DNA of 64,000 nucleotides from the human T2T-CHM13v2.0 reference genome, Homo sapiens, in assembly GCF_009914755.1 (NCBI RefSeq), contig NC_060940.1. One strand, 5' to 3'. Of this stretch, positions 1 through 15,195 are shown one piece after another; position 1 is the first letter of the stretch, and each line of letters starts with the position of its first letter. Both the position numbers and the translations under genes were made by a program. The notes under the pieces are model-generated. The model was not told the origin of the DNA. It saw only the letters and a program-made list of their open reading frames with translations, and made no database searches.

Positions 1-2404
1 AAGCATTCAGTACATATCCGCTTTAATGATAGTTTGTTATTTTTACCATTTTTAGGTTTGTGTTGCTTTCTTTCATTGTTGTGAAAGCACAGAATTATGT
101 GAAATGTGCCCAGTACATGAAATAGCTTTTTTTCATCTACATTCATGCTCAGTTTAAGTCCAGAATCTACAGATTTGTAATATCTTTCTCTTTTGGCAAG
201 GAAGCCATACTATCTTTGCCTACTCCAACATTTTCTTCTGCTCTGCTATTAAAATCTTTACAGAACTTCAAAAGATATACCAGCATTTTAGGGAGCATAG
301 TAGCCTCACAGTGCTGAAACACAATGTTCTCATTATGGGTATGCATTTGTGTGTGTATGTGAACCTCTTCCTGCACAAATCACATTTTCCTTAGTCCATT
401 TATTCAAAGCTACGACCTTTCTCCCTGACTATGCTTGCTGAGGGAAGTTACCCATTGATGGTGGCAGTGTTGCTGTTGCCACCATTGCTGTTGCTGATAT
501 TGGTAATAGTAGTGGTAGGGTTTTGTTTTTGTATAGCAAACACATTTATCCAAATAAAATGCTTGATGTTTGCTTCAAACTAGTCTCCTGAAATTGAATA
601 ATTCTGATTGACTTGTAATGAGTCACATCCTATCAAATTCTTTTTTTTCCTTCATGGTAAATTTAAGAGATTCAAGTTTGACTATTGGCCATCTATTGCA
701 TGTCAGGTTCTAAATGTGGCAGTTTCCATGCATTGGTCCCCACTTCACATATGAGAAAATTGACGTTCTGAGACCTTAATCCACTTGCGCAAGCTCGTGT
801 ATGTTGTAAGTGATCCAAATTCAGATATTTTTGGCACAAAGCCTATGCTTTTTCCACTAGACCACCCCTCTTTAGCAGCACCTACAAACGGCTACTTACA
901 GTTGATTTTCCTTTTGACAAGGGGAAATTGCATTCCCTGTGTATGGAGCTGTAACACACATGCTGTTTTTGCCTAAAAGCCTCCTCACCTCCCTCCTGCC
1001 AATCTTTGCCTTTTAATCCCTGTTTGAGTCTGCAAAGTGGAGAACCGCAGGCAAATATTTATTCACAAAATGAGCCATTTTTTTTTCCCATTTCTAACCC
1101 ATCCAAAGCTGCTCTTGTTTCTCTTTAAACTTTTGAAAAGCAATTTGCTTCTAGAAAGAAAAAAAAAAAAAGCAGAGAGAAATAAAGAATCTCAGCCCAA
1201 AGCCAGAGCCAGAAACAACGGGCCAGAAGTAAAAGTCTCTTCTGTAAGGTAGGCACTCCAATAAATTTTGGCTACTGACAATGCACATTTCAGATATTAA
1301 AGATGAGACATCATACAGGACTTTTGGGATTGGAGGAAAAGTCCTCACCCCTGGCGGATAACATGACACAGGTGGATTGAAGAAATGTGTACTGGAAGAA
1401 TATTACTAAGGCCCAGTTCCAGATAGAGTTTGTCATTAAACTGAACTTCTCTCATTGATTAATAAAATAAAAAACTTTTATTTACAGAGCAACATAAATT
1501 CTCCATAAACATCAACAGATACTTTGCATGGGTGCCTCAATTCTACCATCTTGCAAACAGGGCAGACATCACTGGTTGATCAAGGCTCTTGATCTTACTG
1601 GGCCAGGATTAACCTAGGCATCCTTATAAACATATCTTCTAGTCAGCCTCTATCAACCAAATGTAATAGGCACAGGGGGTAAAAAACCTTTGTGCCAACT
1701 CAAACACAGAAGACAGGCAATAAAGATGAGTATGATTTTGTTTTAGGTTTTTTTTTTTTCTAAGATACCATCAGGTTTTTCTATAATGTCAGCCACTGTT
1801 CTAATCAGTGAATACTCTCCTGACTTCAGAAATGCTTTAAGACTATCAAATAAGACATGACATTCAACCATTAATGTATTCCCCAAACATTTATTAAGCA
1901 TGCATTTTATGCCAGATACTGCGATACTTATTGGACAAATGGAGATGACTCTTGTCTGATTCCGCTTTCAAGACAGAGCAATTTACCCCATTTGGAATCC
2001 ACCTTGTTGAAACTCTAGCATGGAGAAGCGTGCTTTCATCTTTTCTTAAGTACTACTGTATAAGAATTTCACTCAGGCTATGTGCTAAATTTGATCCACT
2101 CCAGTCAGAGACAATCAGAAAGTAGGAACTAAAGAATAGGAGTGGAAGGAAGAGCCCAAGAAGGTACCACGGCAACCTTCTAGAAACATGAGGGAAAGCC
2201 CACACAGGGTTCTACAGGGAAGACAGGGGCAGAAATATATATTTGGAAGCGCTCAGCACATGTTCTTTGGCTTAGCATTTCATGTAGGAAACCAAGGAGG
2301 TAAACCTGGGACTGGAGAGGCAGTGAGTAACTCTATTATCTCACAAATTCAGGGATTCCAAATATGGGACTACAAATTAAATTCAAAATCTCTGTGCCAG
2401 AATG

Positions 2405-2540
2405 GAGGCAGCACAATGTGAATGGTGAAGAACACAGCCCTATTGACGTCATATCTTCCTTCTATTGCTTACCAAGCGTGTAACTTTGGGCAAGTTACTT
2501 TAATTCTAATCACCTCATTTTTTTCATATATAAAATTCAT
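2405..2540. mobile_element. MIR fragment
   Basis: cttaccaagcgtgtaactttgggcaagttacttt MIR core. Confidence 0.6.
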
Positions 2541-2642
2541 CCATCATCATCATATCATCATAGTATCATCATATCATAGTAACATCTCTCTTTAGTTGTT
2601 TGCTTTTAAGGGCCCTGGGAGTATTTATAAAGCCCTTAAAAT

Positions 2643-2862
2643 TGGGGTCCCCCATCTACAACCCTCAGGTCAGTTATGATGAATCCCGTTTTTTGTAAAT
2701 ACTATAAAGATTTGTTGGAATGCAACCACACCCACTTATTTACATTCCTTTATTTACATATAATGTAAATGTAAAAAGTTGAGTAGATGCAACAGATCTA
2801 TGTGACCCACAGAGCCTATGATATTTCTAGAAAACTTTCCAGAAAAGTTTGCCAACTTCTGA
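2643..2862 (+). mobile_element. MER58A-like hAT-Charlie DNA transposon relic
   Basis: gttttttgtaaat...gttgagtagatgcaacaga...agaaaagtttgccaacttctg resembles MER58A. Confidence 0.65.
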
Positions 2863-2989
2863 ACTCCTGGCTTAGAATATGACCTGGTGCATAGCAAGAA
2901 TTTGTAAATGTTTGTTAAAATATAATGTCAGAAAATAAATATAAAATGCAGATATACTCTCCATTCAAATATAAAATGTCTAAGAAGAA

Positions 2990-3210
2990 AAAACGCCAGA
3001 TTTGGAAAGATCTGGATTCGAAGTCAAGTTCTGCAACTTACCAGTTGCATGACCTTAAACAAGTTGCTTCAGTCTCCGGTGGCTCAACTCATCTATACAG
3101 AAAATAGGGATAAAATGTTACCTATGCCAAAAATTACATCAAACAATTTTCCCAATATATCTAGAAGATTGCCTGGCACTCAGAAAGAACTTAGAAAGTG
3201 TTAGCTATTT
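2990..3210. mobile_element. MIR fragment
   Basis: ctggattcgaagtcaagttctgcaacttaccagttgcatgaccttaaacaagtt...tgcctggcac. Confidence 0.6.
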
Positions 3211-3750
3211 GGCACATAGAAACAACTTATGAAGTATTAGCTATTACTATTTCATTCCTCTTGGCAACAGAACCAGTCAGATTTTCAATCACTTAAATAG
3301 TGAAGTAAGGACATTCAGAAATTGTTCTAATAATGAATGTATACAGAAACCAATTGTACTGTGTCCACTATTACTATTTTAACATATGATAATTATCCAC
3401 AATATTGCCTTTATTAAGTAGGCTTGTCTAATCATTTTTTTATCACCATAAAATGTACACAGTCTTGGTTTTCTCAATCTGTATCTCTCAAGAAGGCTTA
3501 TATTTCTTAGTTCCACGGGCTTCTATTTTGCTTTCTGTAGGAATCTAAAGCTGAACATGGATTTCTATACTCACCATCAATTAAATGATACAGGGAAAGA
3601 GTCTCTAGAGTATTGCACAGAGTCAGTTTCCCTGGATATCTCTAAACGTAATAAGGACACAGAGTAATCCCTTCACTTTTTGTAGAGGTTACCAGGGAGG
3701 CAGAAAAGTCTTCAAAAAATACATATCTTTTGAGCTGAACCTTGAAAAGA

Positions 3751-3751
<1 letters not shown>

Positions 3752-3793
<42 letters not shown>

Positions 3794-3802
3794 CGCGTGC
3801 GC
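3752..3802. repeat. (TG)n(CG)n compound microsatellite
   Basis: Uninterrupted alternating purine-pyrimidine run including gcgcgcgcgcgcg. Confidence 0.95.
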
Positions 3803-4320
3803 TTGGGGCAGAAAGAGGAATGAGAAAGGGATTCCTGGCAGATGTGGGAGCATGGAGAATTTTCTCTGCATCCAGGAAATGGACAGTAATATAATAAAGA
3901 ATCTCAGATTATACAATAATTTGCAACCAGAAAATAAATGGTCTTGTCTGTGTTATTAAGGTTTTTAAGGTAAAAAGAACAACAAAATACTTTACAATTC
4001 CTTTTTTTCTTCTCCTCCTCTTCTTTCTCCCCTTCCTCACTTCATTCTCTCCTTCCTTTTATCTGAGCATGATGCTGGATTTCAGGAAAGAAAGTCATTA
4101 TTCTATTTTTATTTGTATTGTCGTTGTCACTGTGCCCCCACCTTCATGAACAATGATTAGCACATAGTCAGTGCGTCATATGTGTTGAATAAATAAATTA
4201 CCAAATTCAGAAATGTATATATAGCAGATCATTATAACGTAATTGCTGAAGCACATCCTTCGAACTCATATTCCCTGAGCAAGAAACAGAATTCTCTACT
4301 CTTTAGCTGTGAGACATTAG

Positions 4321-4620
<300 letters not shown>

Positions 4621-5777
4621 TAGGCAAGTTATTTTAACTCTCTTGAGTTTCAGTTTCCTTACCAGCAGTAAAGGGATGAATAATAATACCCTCTTTGAGT
4701 TGTTATAAAGATAACAATGTGTTAACTCGATAAGTTAATGTGTATTAAGCTCTTTAAAAAATGCCAGGTCCATAGACAGTACTCAGTAAACACAAGCCAT
4801 TCTTAATTCTAGAAGTAATTCTAGCAGTTTTAACTATCTGAAAGTAATTCTCAAGTTTCACAACGTCTGAATCAATGAATTTACTGAAACAAGAATTTCA
4901 GACACAGGAACAGAGTCTTAAAAAGAAAAATAAAATAAAACAGCATATCCTTTAGCTTATGAGTGAGCCCAGAGATTCTCTGCAGTTGGTAAGGCATATT
5001 TTTATAAAGGAATTTATATACTGCCATAATAGTGTTTCTTCTGCTTTTTGCATATTCACTTTTATCGTGAAAAAGTTTCTACATGTAACATATAAAAGTA
5101 AGCTAAAGATTAATACTAAATAATACAAATAATACTAAAAAGAGCATTCATAAATTAATCCAATAAAAATAGAACAAATCTAAAATTTGAAGCCCTGAAT
5201 AAGATACTGTATATATACATACTACAGCATCCCTGTCTTTCACCAATAAAGGTGTCCAGAATCCCAAATTCTATATTTAAAATGGTTTTTCTTTCTTTAG
5301 AGTTTAACCTCATGTGTACTTTTGTGACTTGCTTTTGGCTCAACTCTCTTTTTGAGATTCACCATTGTTGATGCTTATAATTATAGTTTATTTATTTTCG
5401 CCAAAGAATGGCAAGGCAATACCAAATCTATCCAATGGAAATTTGAGTTATTTCTATGTTTTTTGTTTTTGTAACATTATAAACAATTGCGACTTGTACC
5501 TTTTACTTGAATTCTAGTTCCCATGACTAAGAACGACATTCTAGGACATTTATCTCAGAAGAAAATTACTAGGTGATAGATATAGTTACAGCCTAAATTT
5601 TTCTGTCTTCCGAGATAATACCAAATTGTTTTATAAAATGATTTAATTAGTTCACACACTACCTATCAGTTATAAGAATTCACTTTATACGGCATCATCA
5701 CTTAACATTGTTCAATTTTTAATTTTTACAATTTGTTCTGTGTAAAATGCTGCTTAACTATAAATTTTAATTTGCAT

Positions 5778-6465
<688 letters not shown>

Positions 6466-6554
6466 ACATAATATTAGTGAGTTGAGTATTTTTTTGTATG
6501 TTACAGAGAAACACGTTTCTTTTTCCTCATCTTTTGCTCATTTTGTCTTTTACG

Positions 6555-6684
6555 TTTTTTTTTTTTTAATAGAGACAAGGTCTCACTATGTGTGCCCAGG
6601 TTCATCTCCAACTCTTGGGCTCAAGCAATTCTCCCTCCTCAGCCTCCAGGTAGCTAGGATCATAGGCATGCACCATCACACCTA
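6555..6684 (-). mobile_element. FLAM/AluJ monomer
   Basis: agagacaaggtctcactatg...gggctcaagcaattctcc. Confidence 0.75.
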
Positions 6685-7355
6685 TATTCTAATAAACATC
6701 GTTTTTCAACTATACATAGCAAATGCTTTCTCTTTGTTGTACTTTTTATTTTATTTTATAATGCCTTTTGATAAACCAAAGTTCTGAAATTTAATGCAGT
6801 AAAAATTTTCATTTTAAAGTTTATATTATTTGTTTGTTGCTTAATAAATGCTTCCCTACAGAAAGAACCTAAAGATATTCTCTCATATGCCTTCTAAAAC
6901 TTATACTTTTTATACTTAAGGCATGAACTTGATTTTTTGCGTATAGTATAAAATAGAAATATTTTTTCCATATAGATAATTTTCCCTGAGCTATTTATCA
7001 AATAGTCCATCCTTTCGTCATTGACCTATAGTGCTATTTCTGTTTATATGAAGTTTCTATATATGCATGGTCTTTTTGGGGCCTTTTAAATCCAGGTATA
7101 ATATCTGCCTGGTTATTACTGAGTGAGTACAACTGTATATATTCCCTTTACAATGACTCTTGATATGTGTTAATGTAGGCACCCATAACTTTTTTTTCCT
7201 CAAGAATGTCGGTTTTTTTTTTTCAAATGTAAAGACTCTTGATGATCTTTGCTATATCCTCTGTAGATGGTAAGACTAACATCCCTTTGCAAGGATGATC
7301 AGAAATATTATTTGGGAGTTAAATAGCCCTCTAAGAAAGCCATGAGATATTCTAG

Positions 7356-7548
7356 ACCTGTATTGTCTAATATCATGGCCTCTAGCCACATATGTCAAAG
7401 AAAATTTATATTAATTAAATTAAATATTCAGTTACTCAGGCTCACTATCTACATGTCAAGTATTTAGCCACAAGTAGCTAATTGCTGGCATAGTAGACAG
7501 CACATATATAGAGCATTTCCATCTTCACAGAATGCACTATTGGACAGA
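7356..7548. mobile_element. MER3/MER33-like hAT-Charlie relic
   Basis: tgtctaatat...tagccacatatg...catttccatcttcacaga...tattggacag. Confidence 0.6.
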
Positions 7549-7557
7549 ACATCCTGA

Positions 7558-7890
<333 letters not shown>

Positions 7891-8016
7891 TGAAGAAAAC
7901 ATTGAAGCAATAATGTTTTTAGTGGATTTTTCTCAACCTTTGCATTACCCAACATTTGGATATTTTTAAATCTCCATATACATACATAATATCTGTATTT
8001 CTTTTCCTTTCTTTAC

Positions 8017-8319
8017 TTTTTTTTTTTTTTTTTTTTTGAGACAGAGTCTCACTCTTTCACCCAGACTGGAGTGCAGTGGCACAAGCTCAACTCACTGCAA
8101 CCTCCGCCTCCCTGGTTCAAGTGATTCTCTCACCCCAGCCTCCTGAATAGCTGGGATTACAGGTGCCTGCCCCCACACCTGGCTAATTTTTGTATTTTTA
8201 GTAGAGATAGGGTTTCACCATGTTGGCCAGGCTGGTCTTGAACTCCTGACCTCAGGTGATCTGCCTGCCTCAGCCTCCCAAAGTGCTGGGATTACAGGCG
8301 TGAGCTACCACACCTGGCC
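8017..8319 (-). mobile_element. AluSx-type with 12-bp TSD
   Basis: Full Alu; aatatctgtatt at 7988-7999 and 8321-8332. Confidence 0.92.
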
Positions 8320-9316
8320 AAATATCTGTATTCCTTAATATGACTATCCTCATTCTAATAAATGAAGATCTAAATGATAATGGAATACTACGTAGAAAAT
8401 GCATAGTAGACTCAAGGGTAGGTTGGATCTTAAAGTTACCCTGTGCAATTCCTTCACTCCTTTTTTTTCTCTTTTGATCTTTGAATTCCCTGGGGAACTT
8501 CTAGGATAATTAATCTCTGATTGTATATACCTGGTGATAAGAAACTCCCTATCTTCTCAGGTTCTCCTTTCACAAGGAAATGGCTGTAAAAGAAACATGG
8601 TCTACAATATGCCAAGAAAGGAAGAATGCGCACTTTGAGGGGCTTGATGACAGTGTTGTCTAAGCCATCCCTGAAATTATGAGAACTAAGTCTGAGCAAG
8701 AACTGGAGATATGTGTCCAAGCAGTCCTTACAGCAACAGCATCTGGAGGTGATTATGTAGAGCAGAGGAGGGCAGGGAGTCCAAGACTGTATGAAGGTAG
8801 ATTAGAGAATCAGAATAGGTAATCCTCTAGCTTAATCATGGAGTCTGTGAGACACTGGCTGTGAAACAGCTTTCAAACACATCTGAGTCCTTTTGCCTGG
8901 GGAGACCATTTACATTTGAAAGAATCAAGAAGAGGCATCAGGATATGGCATACTATGAATTTCTCTAAGCATCTTAGTGTAGTTTTTCTAGCTTCTCTTT
9001 CTGTGACTGACTCTTCAGATACAAACCCCAAGTAGGCTGACCTACTGATTATTCGCAACAATAATGGAAAAGCAATGAGAATCACGACTTAAGATTAAGC
9101 ATTCAAACAAACATCTCCCTCTCCCAACTTCCAAATAGTTAACACAAATATGCTACACAGGAGGAAGATGGTGTCTCCATTGAATTAATCTACTCTCCGA
9201 TGCTAATTCATAATAAAAAGTTTACAGGAGAATGTATAAAGTGCTAAAAATGTATTGGGTTTTCACTGTGGATCATACAATTTGGAGTCTTCACTCAGTC
9301 TTTAAAATAATCCTTA

Positions 9317-9646
<330 letters not shown>

Positions 9647-12401
9647 GAATAGTTAGAGATAATAATTTTACCTCCGTTTGGTAGGGAAGAAAGCAGAAGC
9701 TTAGCCAGTAGGTAGTGGAGCTGAAATTCAAATACAGGTCTGACTGATTTCATAGTCTCATACTTCTCTCATGACAATATGATGTCAAAAACATGGATCT
9801 CCCCATTACTCATATTATAATCGTATGATGTTTTAGATTGGTAAAAAAAAAAACCCAGTCTCTGAAAATCGTTCATCCGTATATAGTTTCTGTTTGGATA
9901 TTAATACTAGTACTAACAGCTAGCATTTACCAAGTGCTAACTGCATTTCAGGCACTTTGTATGAATTGCCTCATTTAGTTCTCTCAATAGCCTTATGAGG
10001 TACGTAATATCATTTTCATAACTTCCCAAATAGGGAAAGTCTAGCTTAGTAAATTATGTTTCTGGTAAATCGCCCAAGCTTCTCTGACTTTATAGCATTA
10101 GGAACCCAGGCTGTGACCAATTTATATTTACTCTTAGAGAATAAAATTTTTTGTTTAACAAAAATGTATCATTGTTACAATACTCAGAATACTCAGGACA
10201 TTACTGTTATTTTCCCTTTGTTCTTCTAGAGAAGAGCTGCACTTTCCTATCTATAGAAAATTATTTTAAAGGCAAAGGGAAACTCAAACATAAGAAGTTA
10301 TATTTTAAAAAATAACAAAACACAAAGCCTAATGCGTGCCCAAGCAACACTCCGTACAGAAAGATCTTTCCTAAAATTTTAACTGAATATTCTACAAAGG
10401 ATTATCATCTATAGAGAAAAAACTCCACATGAACAGAACTATAGTCAGGGACAGAATTAATATGCAAGTCAGCTATTCACCTAGTGGCATATACAAAATA
10501 TGACTTTCTATCCTTGATTAAGCAGGTGCTCTTTAAACCAAGCCCTGCATTTTCATTGTAAATATTCTAGTAATAACAGTATAAAACCACCCCTGATAAC
10601 ACAGCAGTTAGTGATGATGCCAGCCACTTCTCAGGGCCAGTCTCCATGAGCTGCAAATACCAAAGCAACAGCAACAAACAAAAACAAACAAACAAACAAA
10701 CAAAAAAAGGTACAAGTTCAGATGATAGAGGATCCTTTACTAAATAAACACAAAACCTACCAAATTACAGGAAAAAACAAGTTTACTATGTTTGTTATAA
10801 CACAGTTGGATGGGAAGTTTTTAAACTGATGTTTTGTTATTAATTTAAATAATAAGTGAATCCTTTGAGACCATCATTCATTGACAACTTTTAACTCTGT
10901 GGCTCAAACTCCTTTAAAATTTTGAAATGTTATCCAGGAAATCCCAATCTTAGGCTAAGCAGGAACATAAAGAAAGCTGTTGAGGCCAGTGATATTCACA
11001 CACGAGATCACTGCATCAATATAATTTCACTCCAAAAGGAACTGGCTTTTTTGGCAAGAAAAAAATGAGAGGGTCAGGGTACAGGCAAGACTTGAATAGA
11101 GTTCCTAAAAACACAGTAGTAATTTTTCTTTGGTGTGTATTTGAGCTCACATACAGAAAGTTCCTTTGATTATGTGAGACTTGCAAGAAACTGGAGACTT
11201 CTGCAACCCTTGGAAGTTAATTGGCTTAGACACTAGTTCTAACATCTTAGTCAGATGGAGAAAGATAAAATAGATAGATGAAAAATAAAAGGGATGCTGA
11301 AATTTAAATTTCACAAATTTGTATTCTTTGGCAAGGGTAACGACATGCTTTTGGTACATTGTTATTTTTTGACAAAAAGAGTGATTCAAAATATTCCAGA
11401 TAAATCAATACCATGACTGATTGAAATGAGTTTTCCCACACATGGAGACTGGCTAGTGGCAAAGTGCTGATGTTGAAGTTTGGGCAGCCAGTTTTGAGAA
11501 AATGGTAAACTCTCAAGACATGGGGAGACATTGAGATTCACCGTAACTTCAACTTGGTGCCCTAGAAAAGGCAGAGCATCTGGGCCCTGGAAGAACAATA
11601 TACACATTCAGAGATAAAACCAGTGCCAAGGGCTCCATCTCAAGTCTCCTGGAACATGTTTTTCAGATACTTGCTTGTGTAGCCAGAGCCTCAATTTCTG
11701 CAGCTGCAAATTGGTAATGTGTTCAGACTGCCATCCTTAGCTCCTATGATTGATCAGGGAGGTGATGAAATAAATTAACTGTACTGAATTGCATTAGAGT
11801 CTAAGGAATGAAAAACATGTGCTTGTTAGTATTCTTTCCTTTGTATTCCTGCTCAAACAAATAAGCACTCTACAAACATTAATACTTTCCCATAATTCAT
11901 TGAGATTACGCTAAGGGTACAATTTTATTTGTTAAACTTAGGATCTTAAGATATTATATAACTTGTCCAAGCCCGTGAATTTTGTCTTTGGGAGAACCCA
12001 GAATGCAAACTTCTGTATTCTTCTTCTAATACTCTAAAAAGTAAATATCACATGCTGATTGGGATCCAGCTAGATCTCCACAAATGGACAAGAATAAGTC
12101 CAATTCCTGTACTTCCACTTACTGAGTCTTTGACTAGAAGCAATGTACACAATCTCTTTAAATTAGAAGATTAACTGATGTGTACTATTTTTTTCTCACC
12201 TTGCAGATAAAGAAACAAAAATATGATGGTTAATATGGTGTCTGGCACAGTGCGGTAGTAATCATTAAGTTCTTACAGAATGGATGTTGTTATTACCTAT
12301 TATAACAGATTAGAGAAAGGGCCTCTAAGCTAGGTTATATTAGTTACTAACAGGTATTCCACTTATCAATGTACATAGTAATAAGATTCTTGAAGAAGTC
12401 C

Positions 12402-12553
12402 TTTTTTTTTTTTTTTTTTTTTTTTTTGAGACTAAGTCTCACTCTGTCACCCAGGCTGGAGTGCAGTGGCACAATCTTGGCTCACTGCAACCTCTGCCTC
12501 CCAGGTTCAAGTGAATCTTGTGCCTCAGCCTCTGCCTTGGCCTCCCAAAGTGC
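12402..12553 (-). mobile_element. Internally deleted/truncated Alu
   Basis: Poly-T tail and right arm, then a jump to the left-arm gccttggcctcccaaagtgc. Confidence 0.85.
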
Positions 12554-12625
12554 GTGTATTTTAGCTCAAGTCCTCTTAATGTTCATATAAAGCAGAGGCA
12601 TTCCTATTTTACAGGTAAAATCTGA

Positions 12626-12925
12626 GACCAGGCACAGTGGCTCGTACCTGTAATCCAGTATTTTGGGAGACTGAGTTGGGAGGATCCCTTGAGGCCAGGA
12701 GTTTGAGACCAGCCTGATAAGTATAGCAAGACCCTGTGTCTACAAAAATTATTTTTAAAAATTAAATAATTTAGCCAGTGTGGCGGTGCACACCTGTAGT
12801 CTCAGCTATTTGGGAAGCTGAAGTGGGAGGATTGCTCAAGCCCAGGAGGATCAGGCTATAGTGAGTTATGATCATGCCCCTGTACTCCAGCCTGGGTAAC
12901 TGATTGAGACCCCGTCTTTAATAAA
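12626..12925 (+). mobile_element. AluJ
   Basis: ggaggatcccttgaggccaggagtttgagacc...ggaggattgctcaagcccagg. Confidence 0.9.
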
Positions 12926-13120
12926 AGAAAGAAAGAGAGATGGAACGAAGGGAGGGAGGGAGGGAAGGAAGGAAGGAAAGAAGGAAGGAGAAGGAAGGAA
13001 GGAAAAGGAAGGAGGGAAGGAAGGAAAAGAAAGAAACAGAGAGAGAGAAAAAAGAAAGAAAGAAAGAGAAAGAAAGGAAGGAAGAAAGGGAGGAAGGAAA
13101 GGAAGGGAGGAGAAGGGAGC
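12923..13120 (+). repeat. ~200-bp GA-rich polypurine tract (GGAA/GAAA/GGGA) expanded from the Alu tail
   Basis: Almost pure purines. Confidence 0.95.
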
Positions 13121-14143
13121 TGAGAGTGTCAAGTGCAAAGTTGCACATTAGTTGAATATTAAAGAGTCAGAATTTGACTCTCACCTCTGTGACTCCAATA
13201 TCTTCACTAACAATACTCAGCTATAAATCATATATGCATACCCTAAACCAACTTGGCACGTTTGGGAATCCAATTTTCTCCAAACTGCCAGAGTTAGCGT
13301 CTCTAAGTCATTTTGGGTAAGCAGGGGCGGAAGGGAAGGAAACTCACATCTATTAAGGTACTACCATCTGCCACACAGAATGTGAGGCACTTTTGTGTGC
13401 TCTGTCTGTACTACAGATTTTCCTTTTTGTGAACTTCTGCTCTCATTTCCCCATAGAAACCAAAGGCATCAGGAATGTAAGTGATCGTAACCTTCAAGTT
13501 GCTCTTAACACCTAATGCAAATGCGTAAAGGACTCAACTTAGGCAAGCAATAACATGACTAAATTTCTGTAGCACAGGGGAAGTTTACAAAATGCTTGCA
13601 CATATTTCACTTCACATACTACTTAAAACAAAATTTGGAGGCAGATGGAGAATACATCGTCATCTACTTTACAGGTGTGAAACCGAGTTTCTTGCAGAAT
13701 AAGAGTTTTGTGCAAAGCAACACAATTTAGGGACAAAGATCATGCTCAAGCCGGTGTGCCCACTTCGTTAAGTCAGAAAACTTGGAAGTTATCCAAGATC
13801 TCACTCTCTCTGTCTCCCTGACTTTCCCCTTTATCGCTTGCCTTCGATTCTTCCACATCTATAATTCTGGAAGAGTTAGCAGTTCTCTTTTCTAAATGGA
13901 ACTGAGAAGATAAAATGCCACCACTCCCCAACCCACCCAGAGACTGGAAGAGGTGGCAACTGGTCTAATCTGATTGCTAAAACTGGTCATCTTGAAACTT
14001 TGTACTACTTTGGAGAAGCAAGTTGCTCTGATCAGACAGCGGGGGATTTAACACGTTGTTGTTGTTGTTTAACTTGTTGGCCAGATAATGTAGTGAATCT
14101 ATCCCCTGTAACTTCCTGCTTTCTGCACAATACATGCTAAATC

Positions 14144-14145
<2 letters not shown>

Positions 14146-14200
<55 letters not shown>
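14146..14200. repeat. (TG)n(AG)n compound microsatellite
   Basis: Direct reading. Confidence 0.95.
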
Positions 14201-14293
14201 TTTTTACAGGAAATAAGTAAAAGGAAATGTACTCTTTTTTTGGGCTCTGCACTAAGGTGAAGAAGAAAGTACCTTTAATATGTGGTTCAGAGA

Positions 14294-14713
14294 TAACCCA
14301 AATGTCCAACAATGATAGATTGGATTAAGAAAATGTGGCACATGTACACCGTGGAATACTATGCAGCCATAAAAAATGATGAGTTCATGTCCTTTGTAGG
14401 GACATGGATGAAATTGGAAATCATCATTCTCAGTAAACTGTTGCAAGGACAAAAAACCAAACACCGCATGTTCTCACTCATAGATGGGAATTGAACAATG
14501 AGAACACATGGACACAGGAAGGGGACCATCACCCTCTGGGGACTGTTGTGGGGTGGGGGGAGGGGGGAGGGATAGCATTAGGAGATATACCTAATGCTAA
14601 ATGACGAGTTAATGGGTGCAGCACACCAGCATGGCACATGTATACATATGTAACTAACCTGCACATTGTGCACATGTACCCTAAAACTTGAAGTATAATA
14701 ATAATAAAAGAAA
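14294..14713 (+). mobile_element. 5'-truncated young L1PA (about L1PA3) 3' end with 14-bp TSD
   Basis: ORF2 C-terminus (DWIKKMWHMYTVEYYAAIKNDEFMSF), 3'UTR G-tract, A-rich tail. TSD atgtggttcagaga at 14280-14293 and 14714-14727. Confidence 0.93.
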
Positions 14714-14888
14714 ATGTGGTTCAGAGAATAAAAAATTCAACGAAGTCAAGAAATTAAATCCCTTGGATTCAGTCATTTAACAACATTTACTAAATATCTT
14801 CTCAGGAAGTACTGGATATAGCAGTAACCAGAAAATAAATTCCTTGCCTTCAGATAGCTTACCTCCTGGTGTCGAACACGGACATTTT

Positions 14889-15195
<307 letters not shown>

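Noticed and set aside
12872-13155. Low-complexity F/S/L/P and E/R/K ORFs
   Set aside because: Translations of the GA-rich simple repeat.
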